DNA of 64,000 nucleotides from Amoebidium appalachense (GCA_963693365.1 CAVNZM010000011.1:5030639-5094638), one strand, 5' to 3'. Shown: positions 28,568 to 63,817, numbered from the stretch's first letter. Made by a program: numbers and translations. Notes: generated from the sequence alone by a model not told the origin.

Positions 28568-29947
28568 AGGGGGGGGGATAGAGTGAGTGAAAGGTAGTGA
28601 GAGATGAGGATAATGGAGGTGAGAGGGATGTGAGCAAGATGGGGGGGGGGGGACGGAGAGAGAGGGAGAGACAGAAACAGAAGATGAGGGAGAGAGAGAG
28701 ATGCGGTATCGATAATGATGCGTGTAGTTTTGTGTGTTCTGTGTATATAGTTGTGTGTGTGTGTGTGTGTGCATGTCTGTGTGTATGCATTCGTGTCCTT
28801 GGGTTGATGCGTGGACTTGTGAGTTCGTGTGTGGGTGTGGGTGGGTCTTTGTGCGTGTGTGTGCGTGTGTGTGTGCATGTGTGCGCATTTGTGCGTATGT
28901 GTGTGTGCATAAGTGTGTGCGGGTGTGGCTGTGTGTGCTTGTTTGTAAAAGTGTGTGTGTGTATGTGTGTGCGCATGCATAGAAACATTCATAGTAAGCG
29001 GGGTAGAAACTAAAAAAAGGCACAAACCACATTAGCGCGGTATGCTGAAGGGACCTAACCTTCCGCCGCCAAACTCCTTTGAGCATCTTATAATGCATAG
29101 TAGTCAAACTACATACATCTCCGAATATCGTGCAGCCTCACAATTCTCATAGGAGTATCCAACAATGCACCACACACACACAAGAACCACCACTCACCAC
29201 GGCATACACACACATGCCCCCCAATCCCCCCCCCACTCCCCCCTTCTCTCTTCCCCCCTCCCCTCCCTGCCTTACGACACACAAAGGCTCACCGACCACG
29301 TTGCCCTCTCCTCTTCTTGCCCCTTAGTCCCCCCCCCCCCCCCCCCCCCCCCCACCCCCCCCACCCACCCCACCCCCTCCCTCTCCCCTTTACCCAACAT
29401 CCACTCACCACATTGTTGCAGTATTCCCCATCGTACAGTGTGCCGTCCGTGTGCCTGTACACACCCTTTCCGTGCTTCTGCCCGGCCTTCCATCCACCCT
29501 CATACGACCCACCGGCAGACTCCAAAAGTTTACCCTCACCGTCATATTCGTCATCGACCCATTCACCCTCGTAGCTGCACCAAGAACCAACAAGGTGTCA
29601 AAGACCTGCTTTCCTTTTCTCTGTTTTTCTTCTTTCCCTTTTTGCTTATACTTAGGCCTAAAAGTACACAGTCGCTTTTTTCTTCTTATTCTCACATGGG
29701 CCCCATCCCCCCCCCCCCCCCCCCCTCCCCCCCCCCCCCCCCCCCTTCATACTCGTGTCAACCCACCCCGCCCACCCGACCTCGTAACTGCATATTTCAA
29801 TGCATTGCGAACCCAATCTTTGTTCTGTGGTAATCCATATTCCATATCCAGCTCATTCTCCGGCTGCCCGCTGCTCCACAAACCACGACCTCGCTCCCCC
29901 CCCCCTCCCCCTACCCCCTCCCCCCCTAGCCCCCCTCTGCCTGCTCT

Positions 29948-30020
<73 letters not shown>

Positions 30021-30931
30021 CACCATCAACACTTCAAGTACTCTATCCCACAAATGTGCCCCCCCCTCCCCCCTTCCCCAGTTACTCCCCGTCCCCGGGT
30101 GGACCAAACATTAACACAGAAAAAATAGAAGTCACCCCCCCCCCCCCCCCCCCCCCCTCTCCTCAACCCCTCTTCCCCCCCCCCCCTTCCATACGCCCTC
30201 CATCCGCCCGCCCAACCACTAACACAATCAAGACACACACTCCCCACCAAGACTATCCTATTGCTCGTACACCTTCATACAACCCTCCCCCATACCCCCC
30301 CTCCCCCCCCCCCCCCCCCTCCCTCCCCATCCCCCCCCCCCCCCCCCCCCCGGCCCCCCGCGCCCCCCCCTCCCCCCAAAAAAAGAAAAAGATAACAAAT
30401 AAATAAAAAGTGAAAGCAAACTTTCCCAATGTAAGGGCAAATCCGTACCATCTGATTGCACCATGCTTGTAGTTGTGTGTGCCCCTGCCCCACCTCTTTC
30501 CCTCCTGCCACTCCCCATCATACGACGAGCCATCGGGATAGGTCCTGACACCCATACCATGGTGCATATCGTTCTTCCACTCTCTGCAAAAGCATGAACA
30601 CACACCTATCAGAATATGCAACGTTTGTTACTTTGCAGTTGGCAAACCTTTACCTACACATGCCCTCTTTCTTCACATAAAGTTACAATGTATAACATCC
30701 CCCCTCCTTCCACCCCCCTCCACCCCCCAACCCCTCCTTCTGCCCTCTCTCTTCCCCCCCTCTCCCTCCCCCCTCCCCCCCCCCCCCCCACCCGGCTCTT
30801 TCATCTCCACCCAGCAACCTTCTTGATCAAAGCCCAGCCCCCCCGCCTCCCCCCCCCCCCCCCCGCAAAAAAAAAAAAAATAAAAAAATGCGGGTGACGC
30901 ACCCACCCACCCACACACAAGCACACACACA

Positions 30932-30970
<39 letters not shown>

Positions 30971-30973
30971 CGT

Positions 30974-31008
<35 letters not shown>

Positions 31009-31236
31009 CACACACAGACACACACAAGCACGCAAGACCGCACGCACACACCACCGTACCAGGCACACATGCACACACGCACGCACACACGCACGGACGG
31101 ACACACACATCACCAGTTTGAACCTGATCGTATTAAAGCTTTTCAAAGCTGAGACATCTAAATCACAACAAAGGTAGATCTGAAACAAGCACCACTCTTC
31201 ATAGCATTATCGAAGTTTAGAATAACAGGTTCGTTG

Positions 31237-31278
<42 letters not shown>

Positions 31279-31804
31279 ACGCGCGAGGGTGCTTGTGTGC
31301 ATTTGCCTGTGTGTTGCTGTGCTCTCTTAAATCATATACATACCCTTTGTACGTTGTCTTATCCGCATACGTTTGCTCGCCCATGCCGTTTTTATCGCCT
31401 GCCTCCCACTGGCCTACGTATTTTGCCCCCGTGTCGTATGTGAGAACACCGTGACCGTGTTGCTGGTCTGCCAGCCACTCCCCCTCATAGACGTCACCGT
31501 CTTCCCAGTAATACGTACCCTGCGAAAACGTGTGTAAATGCAAAGAATGGCGTGCCGCGTGCCGATAGAACGATTGTGTATTAAGGCTGCGTCGTGTTTC
31601 GAAACGAATGCATATTTTATCTTTTGTCAGAAATGGATTGTGTTCGACACAGTGTATGTGTAACCTGGGTTATCGAAATATGTGGATTTGTGCCCGTGCA
31701 CCTCGTTGCCCTTGCTTGATGTGAGCACGTGTAACATGGTGTTGAGTATATATTGTATGCAAGCACATGTGCCGGCCGTGTGCACGGGTGTGTTTGTGTT
31801 TGTG

Positions 31805-31857
<53 letters not shown>

Positions 31858-32712
31858 CCCATGAGTGTGCGCGTGTGCATGTGCGTGTGTACACGTGTGT
31901 GTATGTGTGTTCTTGTGTATGCGTGTCGGTTTGTGCACTCTCAAGTACATTCGGATTATTGTGTGAACTCACGCTTAAGCACCACCCCGCTCTATGAATT
32001 TGTGCATCTGGATTCCGCGGATGGTGTGAAAGTTCCGATGCAATTCCCAAGGGACAATGTTACTGCTCAAAGCTTTTCTATTTGGGTTTATGATCAACAG
32101 GGGAACGTTTGTGTTTTCGTGTAGGTTTGCCTTTGTCATATGTTTGTCCGCCAAAGTCTGGAATAGTTGTGAAGTCTTCAGAATGTTTTGAGAAACGACA
32201 ACCGTCGGATTTGGGTGCGTGTAGCATGCACGGCGAAGACCAATAATGCGTCCAAAAAAAAAAAGAGAGACTATTCTGACCAGCAGCACGTGTTAGTTTC
32301 AGGAGCAGGCAGGCTCCTTGTTCGCCAGAAGTCACAAAACAACTGCCATGGGCAGAGGTGCACGCACATGGACGTAGAACAATGCCACGGCCACAAAAGC
32401 ACACAGGAGATTCAGAAGGGGGGGGGGGGGGGGGAGGAGAGAGGGGGCGAATAAAATACCGGAAATAATGGGAGAGAAAAAAGGGAAATATACCTGCCCA
32501 TGTTTTCGATTGTCCTCCCACTGGCCTGCATACTTTGCTCCACTGGGCCACGTTTTTGTGCCCTGACCCCACTGGTGCCCATTCACCCAGTCTCCCTCGT
32601 AGCATTCACCATCATCAAACGTCACTCTTCCTTTTCCGTGGGGCTGACCGTTGGCATCTGCCTGGCCTACATACTTACCACTATCAAAATGAATTACTGT
32701 TTCTTCCGACAT
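23702..32712 (-). CDS. MORN-repeat-only protein, 13 exons, about 583 aa with more than 20 MORN repeats
   Basis: Exons 32712-32494, 31519-31344, 30583-30449, 29574-29409, 28526-28387, 27981-27819, 27121-26999, 26633-26461, 26011-25935, 25310-25227, 24856-24780, 24411-24295, 23803-23702. All are GT-AG and phase-consistent (1752 nt), with continuous YEGxWxxGxxHGxG repeats. Confidence 0.92.
25503..25671 (+). mobile_element. IR-1 copy in a MORN-gene intron
   Basis: Near-identical to 10951-11120; flanked by G tracts on both sides. Confidence 0.8.
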
Positions 32713-34708
32713 TTTCTTCTCTTTCGCCTAAAGGAGTGGCCTGTTTTGATCTGGGATGACCCCTGGGATCTCCAACTCCAACGACTATTCTCAGCGCCAA
32801 AAGATCTTCGTTTGAAGAACAGTAAAACTCTTGTGCTCTATACAGCAGCACCCACGCCAACCTTTTCAACTCTGTTCTCCTTACATCTAATTCAATTTCT
32901 TAAAAAACGGAAGCCTCCTTCGAACCAACTTTGTTGTTTTGATAAGGCGCACACTGAGCTGATAGGCCGGATGATATGCGTGGAAATGACGCACCAGGCT
33001 CGCGCCATTTGATTGGTTTCCAAAGGGTTGCGAAAAGCGCTAAATTGCCTTTTTTAGTAAACGTTTGCTTCGGTTTTTAGCAAAATGATCTCCGCGACCC
33101 ACTGTGTGCCGGATTTCCCTTCCTTAAAAATAAACAATACACGCCAAAAACATCAATTAGATACCTAGTAATGCAACAAGTAAAATAAAAAAGAGTTTCT
33201 TTTAAAATTATTGGCTTTTAAGTCTAACTATCTGAGTACGAAATTTTTTTCATAGTCACTTAGTACATTCACATCTAAAAAATGTTGTGACAACATGTGA
33301 TTATTATTTTTTTTTTCTGTTGAACGACACGCCTCAGCATATAGGTAGTTTTTGGGGATCAAAGGTGGTGCGCCTTTCACCAATAGACAAAGGTATAAGT
33401 CGTTCTTGTAGCAGGACCACCTAGCGACATCTTGAGCCTGGACGGCGTTCTCTTGGTCTCAGGCTCTCAGAGCGGCCGCCGGCTGGTAGGGCCGTGGTTG
33501 GGGATGCAGCTTTTGCTCTTGGAACGAGGATCTACTATAGTTTTTTTACCTAGGTTGCATAGATGCTCATATGAATTGAGTCTCTCTAATGCATGCAGAT
33601 GCACATGCCCCTGCAACAACAAAGATAACGTCATACAACTCAAGAATAAATTATTGTTACTTATGTATGCCTTTATCCATTGGCCTCCTAGGCCTCAAGC
33701 CTCTAGCACTTCCTGCAGCCTCACGCGTACCCGTGATACCTGTATCAATATCAACGCTTACCCGTGGATACAACGATAGGCTATTGTGCTATTTCATGTT
33801 ATAACATGCAGGGGTTGCTGTTGTGTTGCTCAACCCCATGGCCAACGGGAAAGTTATTAATTCGCTCTTAGATGTCCGATGCTCATGAGGTGTACATACT
33901 TGTAGCAAGCTTGAGTTTTAAAGTGAAATATTCCAAACAGTAGGCTTCACTATATTATATGAAGGCTCACATGCACTCTTTTGAATACACTGTTTTTTTT
34001 TTTGTGTGGCAACGGTGCATGTGGGGCTCGACCCCAGTCATGTTTGAAGCAGTTCACGGCCGTCATCAGTGTACATCGTCGACGCATGCACATGCGCAAG
34101 GTCACAACCGCTTGTTTCTTCCTCTAACTTTGTATGTTTTTGCCCTCTTGTTCTTATTAAAGCTTTGTATTCTGTATTGACCAAGACCGGCCTATAGGTT
34201 TGACGTTGGGTGATTGTTTTCTTTGTTTTTTTCTCGTGCCTTCGTCTTGGCGTTCGTTTGCCTTTCATTTTCCTATAAAAGCGAGCTTTTGTTAGCCTTT
34301 CATAACACTTTCTTTTCTTTCTTCCTGTGTCTTTTTCAACTGAGGCCTCCCTCCCTCTTTGGTCTCTTTCCCGGGCCGCTCAGGGGCCGTGCCGCCGGGG
34401 GCCCGGGGGCCAATCAGGGGCAGACTGACGTCGACCCAACCAGTGCTCACTTACCGCTTGCTTTTCTCAAAAACATGAATTAAAATTGTAACATTTTCAA
34501 ATAGTCGAATGTAACAAACACCAGCCCGTTGACCTGCAAGTTAGAACTTTCGATAATAAATGCGATATATGTTTCGACGCGCCAACCCCTTCATAAAAGT
34601 CATGATGGAGGCAAATTTTTCCTAAAGCCTTTTGCCTCGTCCACTCGTCCACTGTTTGATTTGCGAACTCTACCTTTCCTTTTTTTTGCCCCCTGACCTA
34701 CACTTGCC

Positions 34709-35435
34709 ATGTTCGCCCTTCGCACTACCATTTCTTCTAACACTCGCGCTGCTCTCACGCGCACAATAACGACAATGGGCACCCGTGCGTATTCCTTGTA
34801 CTCCCTCGATGGGGCAACCCCCGAACTCCCTGAGAGCGGGGATTACTGGATTGCTCCAAACGCAGCTGTTATGGGGCACGTGAAGATGGGAAAGGATACG
34901 AGTGTTTGGTGGAACGCTACTCTGCGTGGTGACAACGCTCTGATTACGGTGGGAGATGGAACCAACATTCAAGATGGATCAGTGGTTCACACAGGTAAAT
35001 GTCTTTTTTTGCTGTCTGTCTGAATATGCTCAAATACTTCCCTCCTTAGGTCCTCGGGGGGGGGGGGGGGGGGATAAATTAAGTTAAAAAATATGAAGTA
35101 CACAGTCACGACGGACAACACAATGCAAACTTTACATATGCATCCGCAGCAGAGCAACATCCTTTCCGGCAGGGGGGAGGGGAGGGGGCGGGGGGAGGGG
35201 AAGGTGTCACTGAGGAGAAGTGGAGGAAACGGGGAGGGAGCAATGATGGAAGTCTCCGTGAGGAGGGATTTTAAACGTTGCCTGTTGGAAAACTCCGACA
35301 TGGTGAACTTATGGACTAAAGGATATTGAAGTAGCAGAGCAGATTAAACGAAGGTGTGCGCATTAATTGGAAACCCTTGTCTTTATGAGCACCTGGTACA
35401 CATGATACGGTTTAGACATATACCGAGAACAGTGT

Positions 35436-35480
<45 letters not shown>

Positions 35481-36135
35481 GAGAGAAGGGGGGAGAGGGG
35501 GGGGGGATAGAGAGCACTGGAAAACCGGTTTCAGAGCCATCCAAACTGTTGCGGCTGCCCCTCTCCCCCTCTTACATCCCTAACACCTTGGCCTCCTTTT
35601 CCGCGCCTCCCCCCACCCCCCCTCCCACCTCCCACACCTTCTTCCTTTTCCCCCCCGGGGTTTTCTCAGTAATCCTTCCACATTCTGCCCTCCCCCCCCC
35701 CCCCCCCCCCCTCCCCCTTCTTCCTAATCCCGTTTACTTTCACTGCCTTAATCGATATTACTACTTTCACGTATGATGATCCTAATTTGGGAACGGTTCA
35801 CAGATGTGAATGTCCCTGTGACCATCGGCAAAAACGTAACAGTCGGTCATCTTGTGATGCTCCACGGGTGCGAGATCGGCGACAACTCTCTAATCGGTAT
35901 TGGTAGCGTAATCCTTAACAACGTCAAGATCGGAAAGAATTGCATCATCGGTGCAAACACGCTCATTTCCGAAAACAAGGTTATCCCGGACAATTCGCTG
36001 GTAATGGGATCCCCCGGGAAGGTGGTGAAACAGGTAACTGCCGATCAGGAGGTCATGTTGCAGAAGTCGGCAGAATTGTACATTGCGAATTACAAGAGGT
36101 TCAAACAGAACCTGAAGCCCGTAGAGCAGAAATAG
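34709..36135 (+). CDS. Gamma-carbonic anhydrase family protein (YrdA/PaaY/Cam-like left-handed beta-helix) with a putative mitochondrial presequence, 205 aa
   Basis: Exons 34709-34994 and 35804-36135 (phase 1, HT-D junction). Motifs [24 protein letters not shown] and hexapeptide repeats. The N-terminus is Arg/Thr/Ser-rich with no acidic residues. Confidence 0.93.
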
Positions 36136-36949
36136 GTGTGTGTGCGGGTGGGTGTGTGTGCATGTGCATGTGTGCGTGTTACACGTTAGGAAATACAACA
36201 TCTACCATATGATAGATAAACAAAGTTAACTGCGGATATGCAAAAATGAACATGCAAAAAGAGACGTTAACCGTAAGCGCTATGTAGTGAGCGCCCACCC
36301 TGATGTTGTACACAGATAAATGCTATGATTTGATTGAATGAGGACGTGGCCATATTTCGGAGATATGTAGTTGTATTTGACAACATCAGGACCCCACATT
36401 CCTTTACGGAATTCCTTTCATTCCTCCACTTCTCATATCATTGGGACCCGCCGGTGTTATGATAATAGGGTGGGGAGGGGAAGGGGGGGGGGGGGAGGGG
36501 GGAATCTGCTGGAAGACGATTTGGGTGTGGGCAAATAGTGCCAGGAGGAAGTTTTTGGTATGGCTACTTTCGTATTTCATTTAATTGCAGCGCACTTACT
36601 TAGGAAAAAACCACATTCGTTCGTTCCATATGTACATATACCCGTTGTGACTGGTGATCATGACGACATAAATGCAGGCTTCTATGACTGGTTTAAAAAA
36701 CGGCATATGGTGTGTTATGAACAAATGCATCGATCTGTTTATGTTCACATACAAAAATCAACGTGAAACATATAAGGTAAGTGTGTCATTCCATCAAACC
36801 TGCATCGCTTTAACTGTAAACTGGTATGCATATGTACAACCTGTACATTACCAGTTCTCATGCTTGCCTGGTGGTATCATCTTGTATCTACCCTTACGGA
36901 TTACGGATTATGCATTATGTATTGGTGCATGTTATAACCGCTGTTCATT

Positions 36950-37443
36950 AATCAGGAGTCATGGGGCGAGTGGCCGAGCGAGACCGAAGTTATTTCGGCG
37001 AGCCGTCGGTTATTTCGGCGAGCCGATAGGCGAGCCAAAATAATCGACAAGGCGAGCCGAAATAACGAGGTCGAGCGAGGACACGAGCCGACATGATCCG
37101 GTTACGATATGACCCATAAAGATTTAGCATTCACTTTATTGATACATTATGCAAACTTTAACTCGGTTATTTGATTCATATATCATTACATTCACATTTC
37201 AGGCTCATTTTCCTTTGATTGGCTAGCAGCGCACTCACCCATTAACCCGGTTATTCGATTCCTCTAACCCAATAGAAATGTCCATAGCCTGGTTATTTCG
37301 GTGAGTGCGCTCTAGGCCAATCACGGCAAGACTAACTGAAGTTAAAGGTCGTGTCGTCATCCAATCAGATCACACCCCGACGCTCGGAATATCGTAACCT
37401 ATCACATTATGATAGTCGATTTTGTCATTTATCCATGGCCTGG
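36950..37443. mobile_element. Possible non-autonomous DNA transposon
   Basis: Repeated GTTATTTCGG(C/T)GAG and CGAGCCG motifs in both orientations; imperfect terminal match ATCAGGAGTCATGG / CCATGGCCTGGT; free of microsatellites, unlike its surroundings. Confidence 0.35.
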
Positions 37444-37806
37444 TCTTGCTGTAAACAAAATTAAAAAAAAAGAAATCTCACTCCACACATCTTCACATTT
37501 CGATACAGACAATCATTAAATCAGACATCATATTTACGCCAACCGCGAATCAATGCCAACTTCAACGTCCAGTTATCGAAAATCAAATGCAGGTCGGCAA
37601 TTTACCTATTCGCATGCCTCTCTGACTCAGGAAAAGTGCCCAAAAGCAGCTCGCGCGCGTGCAGATGCAATATTAATCAACTAAATAAAAAGTGAATAAT
37701 TTTCCTCCTTTTCTTGTTGTTTCATAACATTGCATGTGCACATCGTATTCGTACGCTTGTTAAATGTGCGGAAGGGTTGTGGTGGAGGTCTGAGGCGGGC
37801 AGCCGC

Positions 37807-37879
<73 letters not shown>

Positions 37880-38047
37880 CAAACGGGTGGAGAGGGGGGG
37901 GGGGGAGAGGAGGGGGGGGGGGGGGGGGAGAGAGAGAGAGAGAGAGAGTGGATAAATATAGCCACAGGAGCCGGCTACACAGCGCGTGCGTGCAGCAGTA
38001 GGAGGCACATAAACATGTGGGCAACTCTCGAGGTCATCCTGGGCTTC

Positions 38048-53517
<15,470 letters not shown>

Positions 53518-55712
53518 GGCTCTTCCAACCCTCTTCCTCTTATTAAAGTTCAGCTGAAACTCTCTTCGGCCGAAATCCGCCCCTAAAGGTTCGAAGACAA
53601 CTACTGGGGTTGGTTCGGGAACTAGGCCAGCGTCTGTGGGCTGCGTTTCTTCTTGGTTTTCATCCATTTTTACTATAACAATGTTAGATGACTACTTATA
53701 AGTAACGAGATCTTATTACACCAGAAACTCAAACTGGGAAAGACAAGGGTAAAAAAATTATGTGGATTAAAGGGTTTGAACGTTAACTTTGGTGCAGCTC
53801 ATAGTGAAGCGGTTAACAGATAAACAGCGTATATAACGTAGAACAATTAGGAATGAACTTGTGAGTGGTAGCGTGAAAATAAACCCGTTCTCCTGCCTTG
53901 TTCCTAGTCCATCGAGTTCAGTTACCAGGTTAATCGTTCAGGAAAAATTGTGAATGATCAGCAGTTTACCATGTGACTTGCCTTAAAGGGTTGAGTAGGG
54001 GATAGTATCCTTGTGTGAATTCGCAGCCCAAATAAGTTTCAAGGCTTATGTATTTGTATGTCTGTATAAAGTCTTTTACATCTTATAAAGTTGCAATTGA
54101 TATAAGAAAGGATATATTATTCGGGTTGCGTCACCCGGTTGACTGACACATATGGCGCGCAGCTTACTCGCGCGCGAGCCGCTACACCAGTTGTCATCTA
54201 AAAATAGAATGGTGCGCTTTCAGCCAATGGAAAACAGGATAAATCACGAAGCGCGAGCCTCGGACACCGGCAGGCGGAGTTTGTTGTCCACTATTTAGGT
54301 CATTATTGGGCAAGAACTTGAATACAATTACTTTGATTTGAAATAGCCTATATACATCCGTACTGAATCAAAATGCTTCACACAGTTGTCATTAATAATA
54401 GCTCCTAAAGAGATTTATAGAGGTCTGACTATGAAGCTGACTGATAACTTAGATAAGCTATACTCGGGCAGCACGGCAACCAATAAGACACTTACAGCCT
54501 ATCGATTGGATTGTTCAAGAAGAAGTATGCCATATTTGGACAAATCAAAAGCTTCTGAGGAGGGTCTTGTTACAAATCCCCACCGCTTAGGTGATACAAT
54601 TTCATATTCAGAAATCTTGTATAAAGTTGTAATTTGAAGTCTTGATTCATAGTACCCCCCTTGACCATAAACAGCTCATGACTTCAGGACTTGGCAAGTT
54701 GGCAAGTTTTGACAGCTTGTTTCAGCTCTGTTAGCTTCCAAGTTTTGTGACATGTGATATCCCAATAACAACTCCAGCAGATTAGTCTAGACACTATCCT
54801 TGTTCACACACGAATTAGCAGAACACAGCTTGAATACGGCTTAGGCCTCTCATCGCCCTAGCGGAATCAGCATTGGGTAAAACACACTTTTTCATGACAG
54901 GGTCTTGAACACACATCAATCAGCGTACATACAAACATTAACGCGAAAAATGGCCGATAATTTCCAAAGACATGCCGAGACAAGGCAGTCTACCAACAGT
55001 ACACATGGAAAGCAAAAGGCCCCCCTACAGGAGACACACTCAAGTACCCGCTTCAAGCTACATCACACGTACGTGTAGCTTTATATTTCCTTCTCTTGAG
55101 AATTTTCCCAAATCAATCTTCCTTTGCCGTTTGTCTTTACCAGAAAAGAAAGAGATAAATAATAAAAGGAACTTGCAAACACTACACGTACACTGGCATG
55201 CACACACACACACACACACATGCACACGCCTTTTTGCCCCAAACCGACCAGCACCACACCCCTCACCACATACGTTTTTGCTTGTACGAGTCATCAGGAA
55301 GATGAAGAGAGGAAAAGCCTAAAAAATACACGCGCACTCACATACGCACACACATGCACCTGCACGTGCATGTTTGCGCCAAATTCAGCTAAGATCTCTA
55401 CCTAACATCACATAAATATTCTTTATGCTTTCCTCTTGCCTCTTAACATTCTTGTGTCACTTCTTTGTTGAACCTGCAAATTGGTTTGCTTCTTTGTTTA
55501 CTGGAAAGTCGGTCATTTAACCAAGACGTCCCTGCCTCCCCCTCCCGCCCCCCCTCCTCTCTCCGCCTTCCCCTCACCCTCTCCTCCCTCCCCCCTTCCC
55601 CTCTCCCCTCCCCCTCCCTCACACCATATTCCGTTCACTTTTTATTGTCCAACCGGACACACACACACACACACACTGACACGGACACACCCAATTTCCC
55701 CTCCACACACAG

Positions 55713-61293
<5,581 letters not shown>

Positions 61294-61755
61294 GACTACA
61301 CCTGCCTTATTTGGTAGTCAACGGTATTGCATTGTATCACAATGTAGGGCAAATATAAGGGATTGATGTTTTTCACTACCCTGTATTATATTGTGGGAAC
61401 ATACAAGGCTGTGCGTGTGTGTGTGTGTGTGTGCGTGTGTGTGTGTGGGGGGGGAGGGGGGGGGGGGGGGGGGTTATGGGGGGTAGGAGGGGGGGGGGGA
61501 GGGAGAGGGGGGGGGGGGGGGGGGGGGGGGGGCTTCGTTGCAAAACTCTTCGTTGCAAAACTGGTTCTCAGCTTCGGAGGTTGCTCAACCAATTTAAATT
61601 GACGGTAAATAGTATGTGCGAATGTTTGTTCCCCCATTATACAGGGTTGTCCGTGTGTGCCAGATCAATCTGATACAAACCTGCGGCTAGTGTGTGGTGG
61701 TTCCTCCCTTTCTTTCTTTTCTTTCTTTCTTTCTTTCTTTTTGTTTGTTGGCTTT

Positions 61756-61772
61756 GACACTCGGTATCAGCT

Positions 61773-61835
<63 letters not shown>

Positions 61836-62300
61836 AGTATTTAGGTGTAATTCTACATTTGCGAGTGCCATATTTGGCAATATGGTTAAGGCGGTCATTA
61901 TATATAAAACGAGACATAAGGCTTAGTTTTTCAAGGTGTCTGCTTTCATCGGGTCTAGTGTCGTGTGGTATCTTTTTCCATTTGTTATATTGCGTGATTA
62001 TCTTGTGATTGTGTACATGTTTAATGAGTAAGTGGCAGTCCAAAGTCACACGCACACTTTTGCGGGGTTTATTTGTATTTGTGCCCGGGGGAGAAGGAGA
62101 GAGAGAGGGAAGGAAAGAGGGGAGAGGTGAGGAGGGGACAGGTCGGATAGAGAAGAGAGGGTGGGAGGGCAAATACTTCTTTAAGCGGCTTATGTGCTTA
62201 TTGAATTTCAACGCGAGATGGGATACTCTAGCAGCTATTGGGACCAGACCATATATCGAGAGCGTTACAGGCCCAGGTTTACAACAGTTGTTAGATAGAA
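61756..62300 (-). mobile_element. Internally deleted 3' fragment of the LINE family at 19478-21726
   Basis: Reverse complement is near-identical to 20751-21211, then (AC)n + CCAGCTGATACCGAGTGTC as in the 3' UTR, then an A-rich tail. Confidence 0.92.
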
Positions 62301-62652
62301 GACGCGTACGTGCACACGTGCACACACACACACACACGTACGCACACTCAATATTAATCCAATCTGTAACAGGTGCGGGGTGGGCTTGTCCGCGTGTGCG
62401 TGTGTGCATGTGTGTGCACATAAGCATGTGTGTGACTGTGCATGTGACACACTGTGTACCCTTTTCATGTTTGTGTGTAACACCATCCACTCCACAACGA
62501 GCCATTTGCCGCAACTTTGTTGACCAATTCGTACGTACTGCCACAGTGGTCCCATCATATCCACTAGTGTTTCCGTACACTGATCATTCGAATGCAAGAG
62601 TCGAGTGCACCCGATCCCATTGCAAATCTCCTTAAGACATGTGATGTACACG

Positions 62653-62690
<38 letters not shown>

Positions 62691-63312
62691 CCATTCTGGT
62701 AAATATATTCATGCAGCTTAGCATCAAAAAAGTCTTCCACTCAACCAGGGAAAAACCATCACGCATACAGCTTTGTCGCATTAAATTATGAAGCTTGTGC
62801 AAGAGCAACCCAGTACTCTCTTCGACACACAGTAACCCCCACATTATAGAAATCCATGACACGCGTATAGCATGCAAATAATGAACATAACTGACAAGGG
62901 CAGTCAGGATTGACTTCATTTCCATTCTCCCTCAACTTTCCATGCCACCTGCACAACTCCAAAATAAGGACTGAAAGGCAAGGAACAAATTCCTTCCTAA
63001 CTAAACACTAAAGGAGCAGAAGGGGAGGGTCTCACACACAAGCAGGTTTATGAAACAAGTCCTACTAACTCTCATGCAGTTAGAAAGCGCCCAATTTAAA
63101 CGTCATTGATCCAATAGAAAGCGAACGCGCACTTACAAATTCTCTTTCCTACATGCCGGTTTGTTCCTTATACACTCGTATACACTACGCACACACACGT
63201 GCCACTCAATTTGAGTGTTGCCTTTGCATTAACGTGATCAACGAAGATTAGGACAGACATTGCATGCACCACTACGAAAATGTACGAGTTTGGTTTGCTA
63301 TCCGTGCTGGAA

Positions 63313-63357
<45 letters not shown>

Positions 63358-63713
63358 CGTGTCTCACTAACACTGTGTGTACGACCATGTGTACACATGC
63401 CTCACGACTAATCCGCGTAGCTTTCATGCCATCACCAACCCTTCTCTGCCACATACCTGCCAAAACCCATCGATCAAAAAAAAAAATATCATTCAGAAAA
63501 CGAACCCTGCCACAGGTTCCCAGTATGACCAGATCATTGGTTTCCTTTCTAACACCTACCATAACGAGCAGATAGCGGGGTAAAAAGCCAACCCAAACAT
63601 TACCACCAGAAGCGCAACTGTCCCTCACTAACTTCGTGCACATATACTTTCCCTATTGCATCACCTTTTCCACCAAGGGCATGAAAAACGGTAAAAACGA
63701 AGCCGTTTTTTCA

Positions 63714-63817
63714 CTATCTCCGTTTCTGCTTTTTCGCCGGCCGCGCGGTGACCTGGTCGTCAAACACTGTAGGCCCATCAAGTTCTTCCCCCGTCCTGTT
63801 GCGGTATTCCACTTTGG
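63714..63817 (-). CDS. Possible terminal exon of a gene starting beyond the window (…KVEYRNRTGEELDGPTVFDDQVTARPAKKQKRR*)
   Basis: TAG acceptor at 63820-63818 preceded by CTGAC/CTGAT branch-like motifs; normal-complexity frame ending in an NLS-like basic cluster. Confidence 0.35.

Noticed and set aside
29770-29880. Normal-complexity frame inside a MORN intron (…[16 protein letters not shown]…)
   Set aside because: No MORN pattern, and the flanking exons already join in phase.
32720-34700. Short ORFs between the divergent MORN and gamma-CA genes
   Set aside because: No recognisable domains or consistent splice pattern; treated as intergenic/promoter DNA.
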